32,000 nucleotides of DNA from Candidatus Saccharimonadota bacterium (GCA_023898425.1 CP060222.1:60001-92000), one strand, 5' to 3'. Positions 1-8,935 are shown, numbered from the stretch's first letter. Notes: generated from the sequence alone by a model not told the origin. Program-made: numbers and translations.

Positions 1-337
1 TAAAACGCGAAGTCGTAAACGCTTGTCCGAAAAAGACTGTCGCAACAACAACCATAATACCTGCCGTAGATGCAAGAATCACCCGACCCATGGTGCTCCA
101 AAAACGACGAGGTTGAATCGTGTAGAGACCAGCAAGCATAAAGAGCGCCATCCATACACCCACAAAAACAACCGACCAACCAATATAGGTCTCGAGGGAT
201 ATATCGGTAAAGATCGGACGTATATCTGTTACGGCATCAGAGTAACGCAATGCATAAGCAGAGATTGCTGCACCAAATAAGGCGATAGCATCGATAGGCA
301 AAAGAAGGGCGGCAAAAGCAAGGTCCAAGCGGCGCAT
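1..337 (-). CDS. 5' part of a multi-TM membrane protein, probably the N-terminal region of a polyprenyl glycosylphosphotransferase (bacterial sugar transferase); the gene runs off the left edge
   Basis: I translated the minus strand from the ATG at 337: MRRLDLAFAALLLPIDAIALFGAAISAYALRYSDAVTDIRPIF...GLYTIQPRRFWSTMGRVILASTAGIMVVVATVFFGQAFTTSRF. It stays open to position 2. The hydrophobic segments resemble the N-terminal TM region of WbaP/WcaJ-type transferases, but the catalytic domain is outside the window. Track ORF 23..280 (+) is its antisense shadow. Confidence 0.45.
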   Translation of the reverse strand, partial: MRRLDLAFAALLLPIDAIALFGAAISAYALRYSDAVTDIRPIFTDISLETYIGWSVVFVGVWMALFMLAGLYTIQPRRFWSTMGRVILASTAGIMVVVATVFFGQAFTTSRF

Positions 338-499
338 ATAGCCAGTATCATACCATATGAGGCTTTCTCCGGCCTTCGGCAACCTCTTTTACATTCGTGA
401 AAAAGGGGATATCGATTTAATACAGGTTTATTTGAGTAAAGTGATGAGGAGGGAAAAGCCCCACGTGTTTTCTTTTGCGACGCATGTTAAACTAGATAT

Positions 500-1507
500 A
501 TGTCGACTGTCTCAAAACATCTACGCCCTTTTCTGGAGCATTTAGAAATAGAAAAGGGGCGCTCATTATTAACGGTACGTAATTACGAATTCTATCTTCG
601 TCGTTTTATCGAATGGGCAAATGATCCTGATACCGAGGATATTACCGCGTCGATGATTCATAATTATCGTCTCTATCTTAATAGACTTGAAACAGGTGAT
701 GCGCAAAAGACCTTAAAAAAGTCTACACAAAATTATCATCTTATTGCCTTGCGTTCGTATCTTAAGTTTTTAGCAAAGCGTGATATCGCGTCGCTCTCTC
801 CAGAAAAGATTGAGCTCGCAAAACAGGGGAGTCGTGATGTTGCTTTTTTAGAAAGCTCAGATCTACAACGATTATTAGAAGCACCAGAAAAAACAGATAA
901 TGGACCTTTGGTAAAAGCACGTGATAAAGCAATTCTTGAGCTATTCTTTTCTACGGGGATGCGTGTTTCAGAACTCGCTTCGCTCAAAATTACTTCTATT
1001 AATCTAGAGCGTGATGAATTTACGGTACGTGGTAAGGGTGACAAAACACGCGTTGCTTTTTTGTCGCATCAAGCACGAGCTGCGTTAAAGTATTATCTTG
1101 GTTTACGTAAGGATACGGCGCCCTATCTTTTTGTACGACATGATCGCGCGAAAAGTGGTGTAAAAGATATCGGTGCACTAACGCCACGTTCGATAGAGCG
1201 CTTGGTACATTACTATGCGGCCGCAGCAGGTATTCCAAAAAAGGTTTCTCCTCATACATTGAGACATTCTTTTGCAACGGATCTTTTGATTAATGGCGCT
1301 GATTTGCGTAGCGTTCAGGCGATGCTCGGTCATTCGTCTATCACAACAACACAAATTTATACGCATGTAACAAATCAACAATTGCGAGAAGTGCACAAAG
1401 CTTTTCATGGTAAAACGATTGATGAAAAGAATAGCTATGACTTCAACAATCCCTACAGGATGTTTAGAGACAGACTTGCTAATAAAGCAATATCCGCAAG
1501 AACGTGA
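500..1507 (+). CDS. xerC: Tyrosine site-specific recombinase, XerC/XerD family
   Basis: 335-aa ORF. It has an N-terminal core-binding region (LEHLEIEKGRSLLTVRNYEFYLRRF) and catalytic motifs ARDKAILELFFSTGMRVSEL, HTLRHSFATDLL and LGHSSITTTQIYTHV. The last ~28 aa extend beyond the usual family end and overlap the next ORF. Confidence 0.9.
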   Translation: MSTVSKHLRPFLEHLEIEKGRSLLTVRNYEFYLRRFIEWANDPDTEDITASMIHNYRLYLNRLETGDAQKTLKKSTQNYHLIALRSYLKFLAKRDIASLSPEKIELAKQGSRDVAFLESSDLQRLLEAPEKTDNGPLVKARDKAILELFFSTGMRVSELASLKITSINLERDEFTVRGKGDKTRVAFLSHQARAALKYYLGLRKDTAPYLFVRHDRAKSGVKDIGALTPRSIERLVHYYAAAAGIPKKVSPHTLRHSFATDLLINGADLRSVQAMLGHSSITTTQIYTHVTNQQLREVHKAFHGKTIDEKNSYDFNNPYRMFRDRLANKAISART

Positions 1508-1964
1508 TCGTATTTTGCAGCACGCCATTGAAGATCGGCGCCGACGGTTAGCGATGTATACCGAACTTAGATCTCTCATCGGTTTTCATCCAATAGTTTT
1601 TGTAAAAACCATAGTATTTACCGGGGTTATCAGCTTTGTGCTTGTCTTTGTTCTCGCGCAGCTCGCTCAAATAGCACTTTGGTATAAGAAATTAACAGAG
1701 CTATCTATCACTATTCCGATACCGGCACTTGGCGCAAGAACGGTTGATCTTGGCTCTTATGTGCCCACGTCAACAACATTTGAATTGATAGGGCAGCTAC
1801 CCGTTTGGACGGTCCGTGATTGCTTGCTCTTTGCTACGGGAGTCATGCTCGTCGTCCTTATTTCGATGGGAATTCGTATTGCTATACGTTGGCGTGACGC
1901 GAAGCAACTAAAACAAGGAGAAGTACAATTAAAAGAAGAACTCAACTATCTCATCACTCTATGA
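1407..1964 (+). CDS. Hypothetical membrane protein (start uncertain; ATG at 1422 or 1437 is more likely than 1407)
   Basis: ORF with two clear hydrophobic helices (IVFVKTIVFTGVISFVLVFVLAQLAQIAL and LLFATGVMLVVLISMGIRIAI). Its stop overlaps the next start (ATGA at 1961-1964). I recognised no family motif. Confidence 0.5.
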   Translation: MVKRLMKRIAMTSTIPTGCLETDLLIKQYPQERDRILQHAIEDRRRRLAMYTELRSLIGFHPIVFVKTIVFTGVISFVLVFVLAQLAQIALWYKKLTELSITIPIPALGARTVDLGSYVPTSTTFELIGQLPVWTVRDCLLFATGVMLVVLISMGIRIAIRWRDAKQLKQGEVQLKEELNYLITL

Positions 1965-2290
1965 CACTCAATGACTATCAAAACGCTGCAACAAAAACAG
2001 CTCTCTATCCAGAATCGGGAAACAATCTTCTCTATCCGATATTAGGTCTTTGCGGAGAGTCGGGTGAGCTCGCAGAAAAAATGAAAAAAATGATAAGAGA
2101 TGATCAAGGTGTATTAACAGAAGAGCGTCGTCAGTTGATGGTAAAAGAATTGGGCGATGTTCTTTGGTATGTGTCGCAGGTTGCGAGAGAATTAGGGATT
2201 TCGCTAGAAGAGGTCGGACAAATGAATGTTGATAAGCTTGCCTCTCGAATGGATAGGGATGTTTTGCACGGTAACGGTGATTTACGTTAA
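1961..2290 (+). CDS. MazG-like nucleotide pyrophosphohydrolase (small single-domain type)
   Basis: 109 aa. The motifs LGLCGESGELAEKMKK and ELGDVLWYVSQVARELGISLEEV match the EXXE-containing helices of the MazG/all-alpha NTP-PPase fold. Confidence 0.85.
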   Translation: MTLNDYQNAATKTALYPESGNNLLYPILGLCGESGELAEKMKKMIRDDQGVLTEERRQLMVKELGDVLWYVSQVARELGISLEEVGQMNVDKLASRMDRDVLHGNGDLR

Positions 2291-2341
2291 TCTTTCGTGT
2301 TTGACGTTCTGGTGTTTCGGCGGTAGTTTTGCTGCCAACAC

Positions 2342-2418
2342 GTCCTTGTAGCTCAGCTGGATAGAGCAACAGCCTTCTAAGCTGTAGGTCGCTGGTTCGA
2401 ATCCAGCCGGGGACACCA
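2342..2418 (+). tRNA. tRNA-Arg (anticodon TCT)
   Basis: Hand-folded cloverleaf. Acceptor GTCCTTG/CGGGGAC, D arm GCTC..GAGC, anticodon stem ACAGC/GCTGT with loop CTTCTAA, T arm GCTGG TTCGAAT CCAGC, discriminator A and an encoded CCA. Confidence 0.95.
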
Positions 2419-2423
2419 CGTAA

Positions 2424-2449
2424 AAAGCCGCAGTAAGCCTGCGGCTTTT
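2424..2449 (+). terminator. Rho-independent terminator after tRNA-Arg
   Basis: Stem GCCGCAG (2427-2433) pairs with CTGCGGC (2439-2445), loop TAAGC. It is flanked by an A-run and followed by TTTT. Confidence 0.6.
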
Positions 2450-2547
2450 ACTGTGCGACTCACGTGGGGGTGCCTAAACCAATGCTTGACGATCTAGGCA
2501 TTAAGAGTAAAGGTAGAGATATAACTCATTATTGATACAAATCGTTT

Positions 2548-3288
2548 ATGTGGCAGTTTATCTTGTTTGTTCTCTTTATTGTGTACCTCTCTTTCATCCG
2601 CCAAATCAACCAATATCAGCGAGGTGTGAAGTTTACCCTTGGTAAATTTTCAGACATCGTACAACCTGGCTGGCGTGTGATTATTCCGGTATTTCAAAGC
2701 ATGACCAAGGTTGATATTCGTACCAAGGCGGTTGAGGTTCCTTATCAAGATGCCATCACGAAAGATAACGTTTCTTGTAAGATTAACGCTGTTATCTACT
2801 ATCGTGTTGTTGATGCAGCAAAGTCTGTTATCGAAGTTGAAAATGTATGGAATGCTGTTTCTCAGCTCGCGCAAACAACAATGCGTAATGTTGTTGGTGA
2901 GCTTACGCTTGATGAATTACTTTCAGAACGTGACCAAGCCTCTATTCGTATTCGTGAATTGGTGGCAAGTCACTCTGGTAGCTGGGGCATTGAAGTTCAA
3001 AGCGTTGAACTTAAAGATATCTCTCTTCCTGAAGATATGCAGCGTACCATTGCCAAGCAGGCTGAAGCTGAACGTGAACGCCGTGCTGTGATCATTAACT
3101 CCGAAGGTGAAATCGCTGCTGCAGAAAATCTTCGCAAAGCTTCTGAAATTCTTGCAGCAAATCCAGGCGCCCTTCACTTGCGTACATTGAATTCCATCAA
3201 TGATATCTCAAGTGATCAAAGCAATACCGTGATCTTTGCTGTGCCGCTTGAGGTGCTACGCGCTTTTGAGTCGTTCACAAAGAAATAA
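2548..3288 (+). CDS. SPFH/band-7 (stomatin/slipin-like) membrane protein
   Basis: 246 aa with an N-terminal TM helix. SPFH core motifs are present (QYQRGVKFTLGKF, DNVSCKINAVIYYRVVD, LRNVVGELTLDELLSERD, GIEVQSVELKDISLPEDMQRTIAKQAEAERERRA). Confidence 0.9.
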   Translation: MWQFILFVLFIVYLSFIRQINQYQRGVKFTLGKFSDIVQPGWRVIIPVFQSMTKVDIRTKAVEVPYQDAITKDNVSCKINAVIYYRVVDAAKSVIEVENVWNAVSQLAQTTMRNVVGELTLDELLSERDQASIRIRELVASHSGSWGIEVQSVELKDISLPEDMQRTIAKQAEAERERRAVIINSEGEIAAAENLRKASEILAANPGALHLRTLNSINDISSDQSNTVIFAVPLEVLRAFESFTKK

Positions 3289-3309
3289 ACCAAACAGCAT
3301 AATAGAAAG

Positions 3310-3333
3310 AGCCTCCAATAGATATTGGAGGCT
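3310..3333. terminator. Bidirectional hairpin between convergent genes
   Basis: AGCCTCCAATA (3310-3320) pairs with TATTGGAGGCT (3323-3333). It lies between the SPFH stop (3288) and the end of minus ORF 3340..3534, with T-rich flanks on both strands. Confidence 0.55.
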
Positions 3334-3339
3334 TTCTGT

Positions 3340-3534
3340 CTACCGAGAGTTTCCGGTAGCGATGAGAATCAGTCGACGATCGCGATGTCGAGTGACGTTA
3401 TTTAGAGTGTTAAGCCAGAAGTAAAATTCCTCTAGACTCATACCCTTGGCAGTGAGCGCTTCTTCGAGACGGGGGTGATGTCCTTGAGCGAGCGCCAGTT
3501 GGATGATTTGGTTGATTTCTGTTTTTGTTATCAC
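3340..3534 (-). CDS. Small hypothetical protein (64 aa, GTG start)
   Basis: The ORF ends 6 nt before the hairpin at 3310-3333. The sequence looks helical (EINQIIQLALAQGHHPRLEEALTAKGMSLEEFYFWL). I recognised no family. Confidence 0.35.
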   Translation of the reverse strand: MITKTEINQIIQLALAQGHHPRLEEALTAKGMSLEEFYFWLNTLNNVTRHRDRRLILIATGNSR

Positions 3535-3733
3535 GTACGATAGGTTTCACTTTCTGCCTCTATACCATGACGGTTAAAAATAACGAGTCGGTTAGTAAGC
3601 AGCTAAAAGATACCTCTCTAAAGGCGTATTATTTTTGTCAAAACAGAGCTTGTCTATATCTTAGAGGATTATCCTCTTGATTTTCTTTTTAAAAGGGCTA
3701 TTCTGCCACCACCACAGCAAAAACAGTCGCCAT

Positions 3734-3808
3734 GGTGGCCATGGTGTAATGGTTAACACACTGGGTTGTGGTTCCAGTAATACGGGTTCAATTCCGTTGG
3801 CCACCCCA
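3734..3808 (+). tRNA. tRNA-His (anticodon GTG) with encoded G-1 and CCA
   Basis: Eight-bp acceptor including G-1:C73 (GGTGGCCA/TGGCCACC). D stem GTGT/ACAC is perfect. Anticodon stem CTGGG/TCCAG has loop TTGTGGT. As written, the T arm (ACGGG TTCAAT TCCGT) is 1 nt short; reading CCC instead of CC at 3794-3795 would give a canonical ACGGG TTCAATT CCCGT. Confidence 0.9.
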
Positions 3809-3816
3809 TCAAAAAC

Positions 3817-3841
3817 CCTCCGACACGCGTCGGAGGTTTTT
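3817..3841 (+). terminator. Rho-independent terminator after tRNA-His
   Basis: CCTCCGAC (3817-3824) pairs with GTCGGAGG (3829-3836), loop ACGC, followed by TTTTT. Confidence 0.7.
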
Positions 3842-4021
3842 GTTTGGTTGCGTATCAGGTATCTTATGACTCATGAACAATGAACGCCCACAAAAACCAA
3901 TGTCCAGACTAGAGAGTCTCAAGGACACCCTTAGAAGATCGCCAGAAACATTTGGTGACCTTGAGGTATCAATGCTCTTTTGGATGCTGATTATCTTGAT
4001 TTTAAAGATGCGATGAAGCAA

Positions 4022-4291
4022 TTAGGTAAACTTGGGCGAACTTTTACCCTGATCTTTGTTATGGATGATATGGGGAGACAATTGATGACAAAAAAGAGGT
4101 CTAAGACGACTAAAGGCTATGCGCGAGGATAGGTACTTAAAGAATATCATCACAAAATTATCGTTAAAGGGCGGCCAGGCGAACAATCTGTTGAGCCAAA
4201 TGTATTTAGTAGCGACGTCAGATTTGTTGAGCTCGATTAAACTCCATTGAATAGGCTTGATGATGTTTTTATTTAGATTCTCATTGATCAC
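4022..4291 (-). CDS. Hypothetical ORF of doubtful reality (89 aa)
   Basis: This is the longest ORF in the 3850-4300 gap. It is rich in W, C, H and F, has no motif I recognise, and is followed in frame by a stop and a second ORF (3809..4021). The + strand reads more protein-like in pieces (3873..4016, 3965..4132, 4133..4240). I leave the region unresolved. Confidence 0.2.
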   Translation of the reverse strand: MINENLNKNIIKPIQWSLIELNKSDVATKYIWLNRLFAWPPFNDNFVMIFFKYLSSRIAFSRLRPLFCHQLSPHIIHNKDQGKSSPKFT

Positions 4292-4318
4292 TTAGGTGCT
4301 TTGATATAGTCTTTATCT

Positions 4319-4771
4319 ATGACTGAAGAAATTTTGGATTTAGTGGATGAAAATGATCAGATTATCGGCCAGCTTTCACGAGATGAAGTCTACAAACAAG
4401 GTCTACATAACTATCGGGTTGTTCATGGTTTTGTGGTCAATAAAGAAGGAAAAATCTGGATTCCAAAACGCACGCTCACAAAGAAGATTTATCCAGGCGC
4501 ATTAGATTATAGTGTGGCTGGACATGTCGAGGCAGGCGAAACCTACGAAGAGTCATTCATTCGTGAAACAGCCGAAGAACTTAATATAGATCTTAAACAA
4601 ACTCTATGGAAACCACTTGGAAAAATGACGCCAAAAGAAGGTGCTCATTGTTTTCAGATGGTGTATGAAATCCAACTAGAGACAGCGCCTGTGTACAATA
4701 CTTCAGATTATACTGAGGCTTTTTGGATGTCGCTTCAAGAAATCATTGATCGTATTGAAGGGGAGAGCTAG
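4319..4771 (+). CDS. NUDIX hydrolase (IDI-like subfamily by overall pattern)
   Basis: 150 aa with an intact Nudix box, GHVEAGETYEESFIRETAEELNI (G-x5-E-x7-REUxEExGU). Confidence 0.9.
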   Translation: MTEEILDLVDENDQIIGQLSRDEVYKQGLHNYRVVHGFVVNKEGKIWIPKRTLTKKIYPGALDYSVAGHVEAGETYEESFIRETAEELNIDLKQTLWKPLGKMTPKEGAHCFQMVYEIQLETAPVYNTSDYTEAFWMSLQEIIDRIEGES

Positions 4772-4835
4772 CCAAGACGGATATCGTGACTACCGTTAAA
4801 AGATTCTATTTTTAAATCCAGCGTTATCAGTATCT

Positions 4836-5300
4836 ATGAACAATTGCTTCGTTTGTGGGCGTATTGAGCAAATAAAGGATGGGACGAATCCATTTTTGTC
4901 ACTGAACTTAATACGGGTTATGTAGTGCTTGGTGACTTTCAATTCTTTAATGGCTATACAGTTTTTTATCTAAAAATCATTGTACTGAATTACATCAGCT
5001 CTCGTCTACTGAACGAGCGCTTTTTTACAGGAGATGTCTTTGGTTGCGGAGGCGGTTTTTAATGCTTTTAAGCCCGTAAAAATGAATTACGAACTATTGG
5101 GCAATTCGGATAGTCATTTGCACTGGCATCTCTTTCCGCGACACGCGGATGATCCTTTGCCACGTGGACCTGTTTGGTTGATCGATAAAGAATTACGCAA
5201 CGGAGATTCCGCTCGCCCAACGAAGGAAGAGCTCATTGTATTAAGAGATAAGCTGCAGCACGAACTTAGCCGTTTAGAAATTTTATTTAAGTCACTTTGA
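4836..5300 (+). pseudogene. HIT-family (histidine triad) hydrolase, broken as sequenced by three 1-nt frameshifts in T-runs
   Basis: Track ORF 5034..5300 carries the HIT motif HLHWHLFPR. The ATG at 4836 gives MNNCFVCGRIEQIKDGTNPF. Adding one T at each of 4893-4897, 4962-4967 and 5021-5026 yields a continuous 155-aa HIT protein (...FVTELNTGYVVLGDFQFFNGYTVFLSKNHCTELHQLSSTERALFLQEMSLVAEAV...). Confidence 0.85.
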
Positions 5301-5312
5301 TAGAGAAAAGCT

Positions 5313-5828
5313 ATGCAATGGCACACTCATGCAGCGATAGGCGCGAACGCTATCTGGTTAACGGCATTGTTTGGAGATGCTTCTCAGGCACCGATTGTTT
5401 ATTTAACTATTGGTGCTTTTGGCGGGTTATTGCCGGACATTGATGCGGGTGGTGGCAAGAGTTACGGTGCTAAGATTCACTATATCGGTGGTGGTATTTT
5501 TAAGCCTTTTCAAAACGTGTTTCGTCATAGGGGATTCTTTCATTCGTTCATGTGTATTGTTTTAGTTTTCTGCTTGTCGACTCCGCTTGCTTGGTTTATT
5601 GATCCGTTTGTACCAATGGTATTAACGGCTGGGTATGCAAGCCATATCGTTATTGATAATTGGAATTGTGGTTTAGAGTTTTTCTATCCATTGAAAAAGC
5701 GCGTAACCTTTGTTCCGAAATGGATGCAATTTCGCGTTGGTTCAATCGGGGATAATCTTCTCTTTCTTCTTGGTGTTTTTGGTTTAGTGGCGTATATATT
5801 GACGCACTTGTTATATATTGCGACATAA
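5313..5828 (+). CDS. YdjM-like membrane-bound metal-dependent hydrolase (DUF457 type)
   Basis: 171 aa, multi-TM. Motifs are THAAIG at the N-terminus, LLPDIDAGG, HRGFFHSF and ASHIVIDNWN. Confidence 0.75.
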   Translation: MQWHTHAAIGANAIWLTALFGDASQAPIVYLTIGAFGGLLPDIDAGGGKSYGAKIHYIGGGIFKPFQNVFRHRGFFHSFMCIVLVFCLSTPLAWFIDPFVPMVLTAGYASHIVIDNWNCGLEFFYPLKKRVTFVPKWMQFRVGSIGDNLLFLLGVFGLVAYILTHLLYIAT

Positions 5829-5829
5829 A

Positions 5830-5853
5830 GCATCCCGCTAATGAGCGGGATGC
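5830..5853. terminator. Bidirectional terminator between convergent genes
   Basis: GCATCCCGCT (5830-5839) pairs with AGCGGGATGC (5844-5853), loop AATG. A-runs and T-runs flank it on both sides. It sits between the stops at 5828 (+) and 5860 (-). Confidence 0.65.
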
Positions 5854-5859
5854 TTTATG

Positions 5860-6354
5860 TCATTGTTTTTGGTCTTTTGTACGAATAACGATCCAAGAGA
5901 CAAGCAATACAGTTTGCATCCATAACATCAATATATTTAGTCCGTTTGTACTCGGGCTTGTCCAACCAGCAGCAAAATAAAAATTAAGATTCATAAAGAC
6001 TCCTCCAGTGAGTGCTGATATAGCAATACATCGCGCAATATTTTTGTTGATGGACTTCTTGCTAAACCAGTATAGCGTGAGAGCGAAGAGGAGTCCGAGG
6101 CCGGTTAGAATTTCACCCCATTGTACGAGATTGGCAAAGAGTGCCGGGTACTCTTTTGCGCTTTTTAAGACAGAATCGATATACCAATTATGCGGATTAC
6201 CGTTTTCAAATCGGACGAATGATGAATGAATACTCCCAACAAATGTGCCGCCGTAGATTTTGCCCCACCCAGAATGAAGCCATTGATAAGCCAGAATAAG
6301 CTGCATGCTAATAGAGACAAAAGCAGGATGGGTTAATATACGAGGTAATTTCAT
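5860..6354 (-). CDS. DoxX-like integral membrane protein
   Basis: 164 aa with four predicted TM helices. The N-terminal motif LILAYQWLHSGWGKI is typical of the DoxX/DoxD-like family. It is the last gene of the nrd-containing minus-strand string. Confidence 0.5.
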   Translation of the reverse strand: MKLPRILTHPAFVSISMQLILAYQWLHSGWGKIYGGTFVGSIHSSFVRFENGNPHNWYIDSVLKSAKEYPALFANLVQWGEILTGLGLLFALTLYWFSKKSINKNIARCIAISALTGGVFMNLNFYFAAGWTSPSTNGLNILMLWMQTVLLVSWIVIRTKDQKQ

Positions 6355-6372
6355 ATGATGGTGTAAATATTG

Positions 6373-7074
6373 TTAAGTTCGAACTTCTAAATGTAGCTGA
6401 GGTTGTTTTGCGCGGATATTGCGAGCTACGGCATCAAGGTCTATGCGTTCCAATCTAGGAAGGCTTGGGTCTAGTGTTGTGTTATAACGTATCTCTTGTA
6501 AAGCATAGTACTCACCGTCTTTTAGCTGAGCAGCAATTTCTTCTAAGTCTGCTTGAGTATGCAATCCAGAATAGACGGTTGTACGAAATTCATGAGGTAT
6601 AGAGGAATTCTGAATAAGGTGAAAGGTCTCTTGGCAGTTATCGATAACCTTTTTTTGATTGATGCCGATCACTTCACCATAGCGCGCCCATGTATGCTTG
6701 AGATCCATCGCGAAAAAATCGACTAATCGTTCGTTGATCAACTGCTCAATCATACGAGGACTAAGTCCATTAGTATCGAGCTTTACTAGCAATCCTAATG
6801 ATTTGAGCTTCTTGATGAACTCAACAAGATCGGCTTGTACGGTTGGTTCTCCGCCAGTAATACAGACACCCTCCACAATGTGCTTGCGTCGATTGAGGTG
6901 CTCGAGTATATCTTGCTCATTAAATGTTTTGCTAATGTCTTTTGGTTGGGTAGGAATTAGCTCGGGATTGTGACAATAGACGCAACGAAATGGGCATCCT
7001 TGCGTAAAGATGATTGAGCTGATGATACCAGGATAATCAAGGAGACTGAGGGGTTGAAAACCTGAAATCAACAT
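6373..7074 (-). CDS. nrdG: Anaerobic ribonucleoside-triphosphate reductase activating protein (radical SAM)
   Basis: 233 aa with the radical SAM motif GCPFRCVYCHN (CxxxCxxC) and GGEPT. It overlaps the nrdD stop by 7 nt. Confidence 0.9.
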   Translation of the reverse strand: MLISGFQPLSLLDYPGIISSIIFTQGCPFRCVYCHNPELIPTQPKDISKTFNEQDILEHLNRRKHIVEGVCITGGEPTVQADLVEFIKKLKSLGLLVKLDTNGLSPRMIEQLINERLVDFFAMDLKHTWARYGEVIGINQKKVIDNCQETFHLIQNSSIPHEFRTTVYSGLHTQADLEEIAAQLKDGEYYALQEIRYNTTLDPSLPRLERIDLDAVARNIRAKQPQLHLEVRT

Positions 7075-8915
7075 ACTCTTTTACACGCGAGGTCCGGTTG
7101 AGGCTGTGGTGTGTTTTGCTTCTCGATAATGTACTCAGACCGTTCTTTGTATTCACTTTTCTTTCCTTTGTTCCATTGATCAACGGGGCGAAAGTATCCC
7201 ACAACACGCGACCAAACTTCACAGGTAGATGAGCAGCTTGGGCAGGTTTGTACTTCGCCGGTTAAATAGCCATGTTTTGGACAGATACTAAAGGTGGGCG
7301 TGATCGTAAAGTAGGGGAGGTGGTACGACTCAGCTACCTTTTTTACAAGGTTTGCACACGTTTTCCAGTCTGCGACGCGCTCACCTAAAAAGAGGTGGAG
7401 AACTGTGCCGCCGGTGTATTTTGTTTGTAAGTCATCTTGGTGCTCGAGTGCAGAGAGTGGGTCGTCTGTGTAGCCAACGGGGAGATGTGAAGAATTGGTA
7501 TAATACGGCGCATCCGGTGTGCCGGCTTGAATGATATCTGGATAGCGAGCTAAGTCTTCTTTTGCAAATCGGTAGGTGACGCCTTCCGCGGGGGTGGCTT
7601 CAAGGTTATAGAGGATACCTGTTTCATCTTGGTAGGTTACGAGACGGTCTCGCATAAAATCAAGAACCTCATGAGCGAATTGCTTGCCTGCTTCAGAGCC
7701 TAAATTTTCACCCAATAGATTGAGACAGGCTTCATTCATGCCATTAAGTCCAATGGTTGAAAAATGATTACGCAAAGAGGGTAGGTAGCGTTTGGTATAA
7801 GGAAGTAGACCGCGATCAATGCTGTTTTGTACGACCTTTCGTTTGATTTCTAGGGAGTCTTTCGCAATATCCATAAGCTCGCCAAGTTTTTCAAAAAAGG
7901 ATTGTTTTGTTGTTGTGAGGTAGGCGATACGCGGTAGGTTTATGGTTGCAACGCCAACGCTTCCGGTCATTTCTGCTGAGCCAAAGAGACCACCGCCGCG
8001 TGCGCGTAAGACGCGTAAATCGAGTTGCAACCGGCAACACATACTTCGCACATCACTTGGCTTAAGAGATGAGTTCACAAAATTTTGAAAGTACGGAATG
8101 CCATACTTTGACGTCATCTCAAACAATAATTTTGCGTTTTCACTATCCCAAATAAAATCTTTGGTAATGTTGTACGTTGGAATCGGAAAGGTAAAGACAC
8201 GTCCGTTTTGATCTCCCTTTGTCATAACCTCGATAAAGGCTTTATTGATGAGATCCATTTGTTCTTGGCAGTCAGCATAGGTAAAGGCCTGTTCTTTACC
8301 GTCGATAACTGGATGTGTTTCTCTAAGATCTTCGGGTACGACCCAATCAAGAGTGATATTGGTAAAAGGTGTTTGCATCCCCCAACGCGAAGGTACGTTT
8401 AAATTAAAGATGAACTGCTGAATATTTTGATAGATTTGCGCATAGGTGAGCTCGTCATTTCTTACATAGGGTGCAAGCATCGTATCAAACGAAGAAAAAG
8501 CTTGTGCGCCTGCCCATTCGTTTTGGAGCGTTCCAAGAAAATTTACCATTTGCCCTAACGCTGTTTCAAAGTGCTTTGGAGGCGAGGATTCGACTTTTCC
8601 GGCGACTCCGTTAAAGCCTTCGGTGAGGAGTTGACGCAAACTCCAGCCAGCACAATAGCCAGAAAACATCCCAAGATCATGAAGATGTAGATCGCCTTCG
8701 GTATGAGCATTACGTACGGCTTCTGGATAAATAGTATTGAGCCAATAATTAGCTGTGATTTTTCCAGATGTATTTAAGATCATGCCACCAAGCGAATAGC
8801 CTTGGTTTGCATTTTCGTTAACCCGCCAATCTGATTGATTGAGATATTCGGTAATCGTTTTTTCGACGTCGATCATTGCTCCGGCTGATTTGATGTCTGT
8901 GTTACGTGTGGTCAT
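7068..8915 (-). CDS. nrdD: Anaerobic (class III) ribonucleoside-triphosphate reductase
   Basis: The C-terminal zinc site CPKHGYL...CPSCSS.C and glycyl-radical motif SRVVGYFRP are present, as is the conserved core (GGMILN, CCRL, GSVGVATINLPR). I place the start at the ATG at 8915 (MTTRNTDIK...). The track's GTG at 8948 would translate the upstream hairpin and T-run. Confidence 0.95.
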   Translation of the reverse strand: MTTRNTDIKSAGAMIDVEKTITEYLNQSDWRVNENANQGYSLGGMILNTSGKITANYWLNTIYPEAVRNAHTEGDLHLHDLGMFSGYCAGWSLRQLLTEGFNGVAGKVESSPPKHFETALGQMVNFLGTLQNEWAGAQAFSSFDTMLAPYVRNDELTYAQIYQNIQQFIFNLNVPSRWGMQTPFTNITLDWVVPEDLRETHPVIDGKEQAFTYADCQEQMDLINKAFIEVMTKGDQNGRVFTFPIPTYNITKDFIWDSENAKLLFEMTSKYGIPYFQNFVNSSLKPSDVRSMCCRLQLDLRVLRARGGGLFGSAEMTGSVGVATINLPRIAYLTTTKQSFFEKLGELMDIAKDSLEIKRKVVQNSIDRGLLPYTKRYLPSLRNHFSTIGLNGMNEACLNLLGENLGSEAGKQFAHEVLDFMRDRLVTYQDETGILYNLEATPAEGVTYRFAKEDLARYPDIIQAGTPDAPYYTNSSHLPVGYTDDPLSALEHQDDLQTKYTGGTVLHLFLGERVADWKTCANLVKKVAESYHLPYFTITPTFSICPKHGYLTGEVQTCPSCSSTCEVWSRVVGYFRPVDQWNKGKKSEYKERSEYIIEKQNTPQPQPDLACKRVC

Positions 8916-8935
8916 AGAATGGATTTGAGAAAAAT

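Noticed and set aside
23-280. + strand ORF of 85 aa at the left edge.
   Set aside because: Its composition is implausible (rich in C, N, R and H). It is antisense to a convincing membrane-protein reading that starts at 337 on the minus strand.
1409-1507. The XerC C-terminal extension overlapping the next ORF. Adding one A to the A4 run at 1412-1415 would end XerC as ...HKAFHGKND* at about 307 aa and remove the overlap.
   Set aside because: This is plausible given the error pattern. However, the existing ORF is intact and family ends vary, so nothing in the sequence alone decides it. I have not asserted it.
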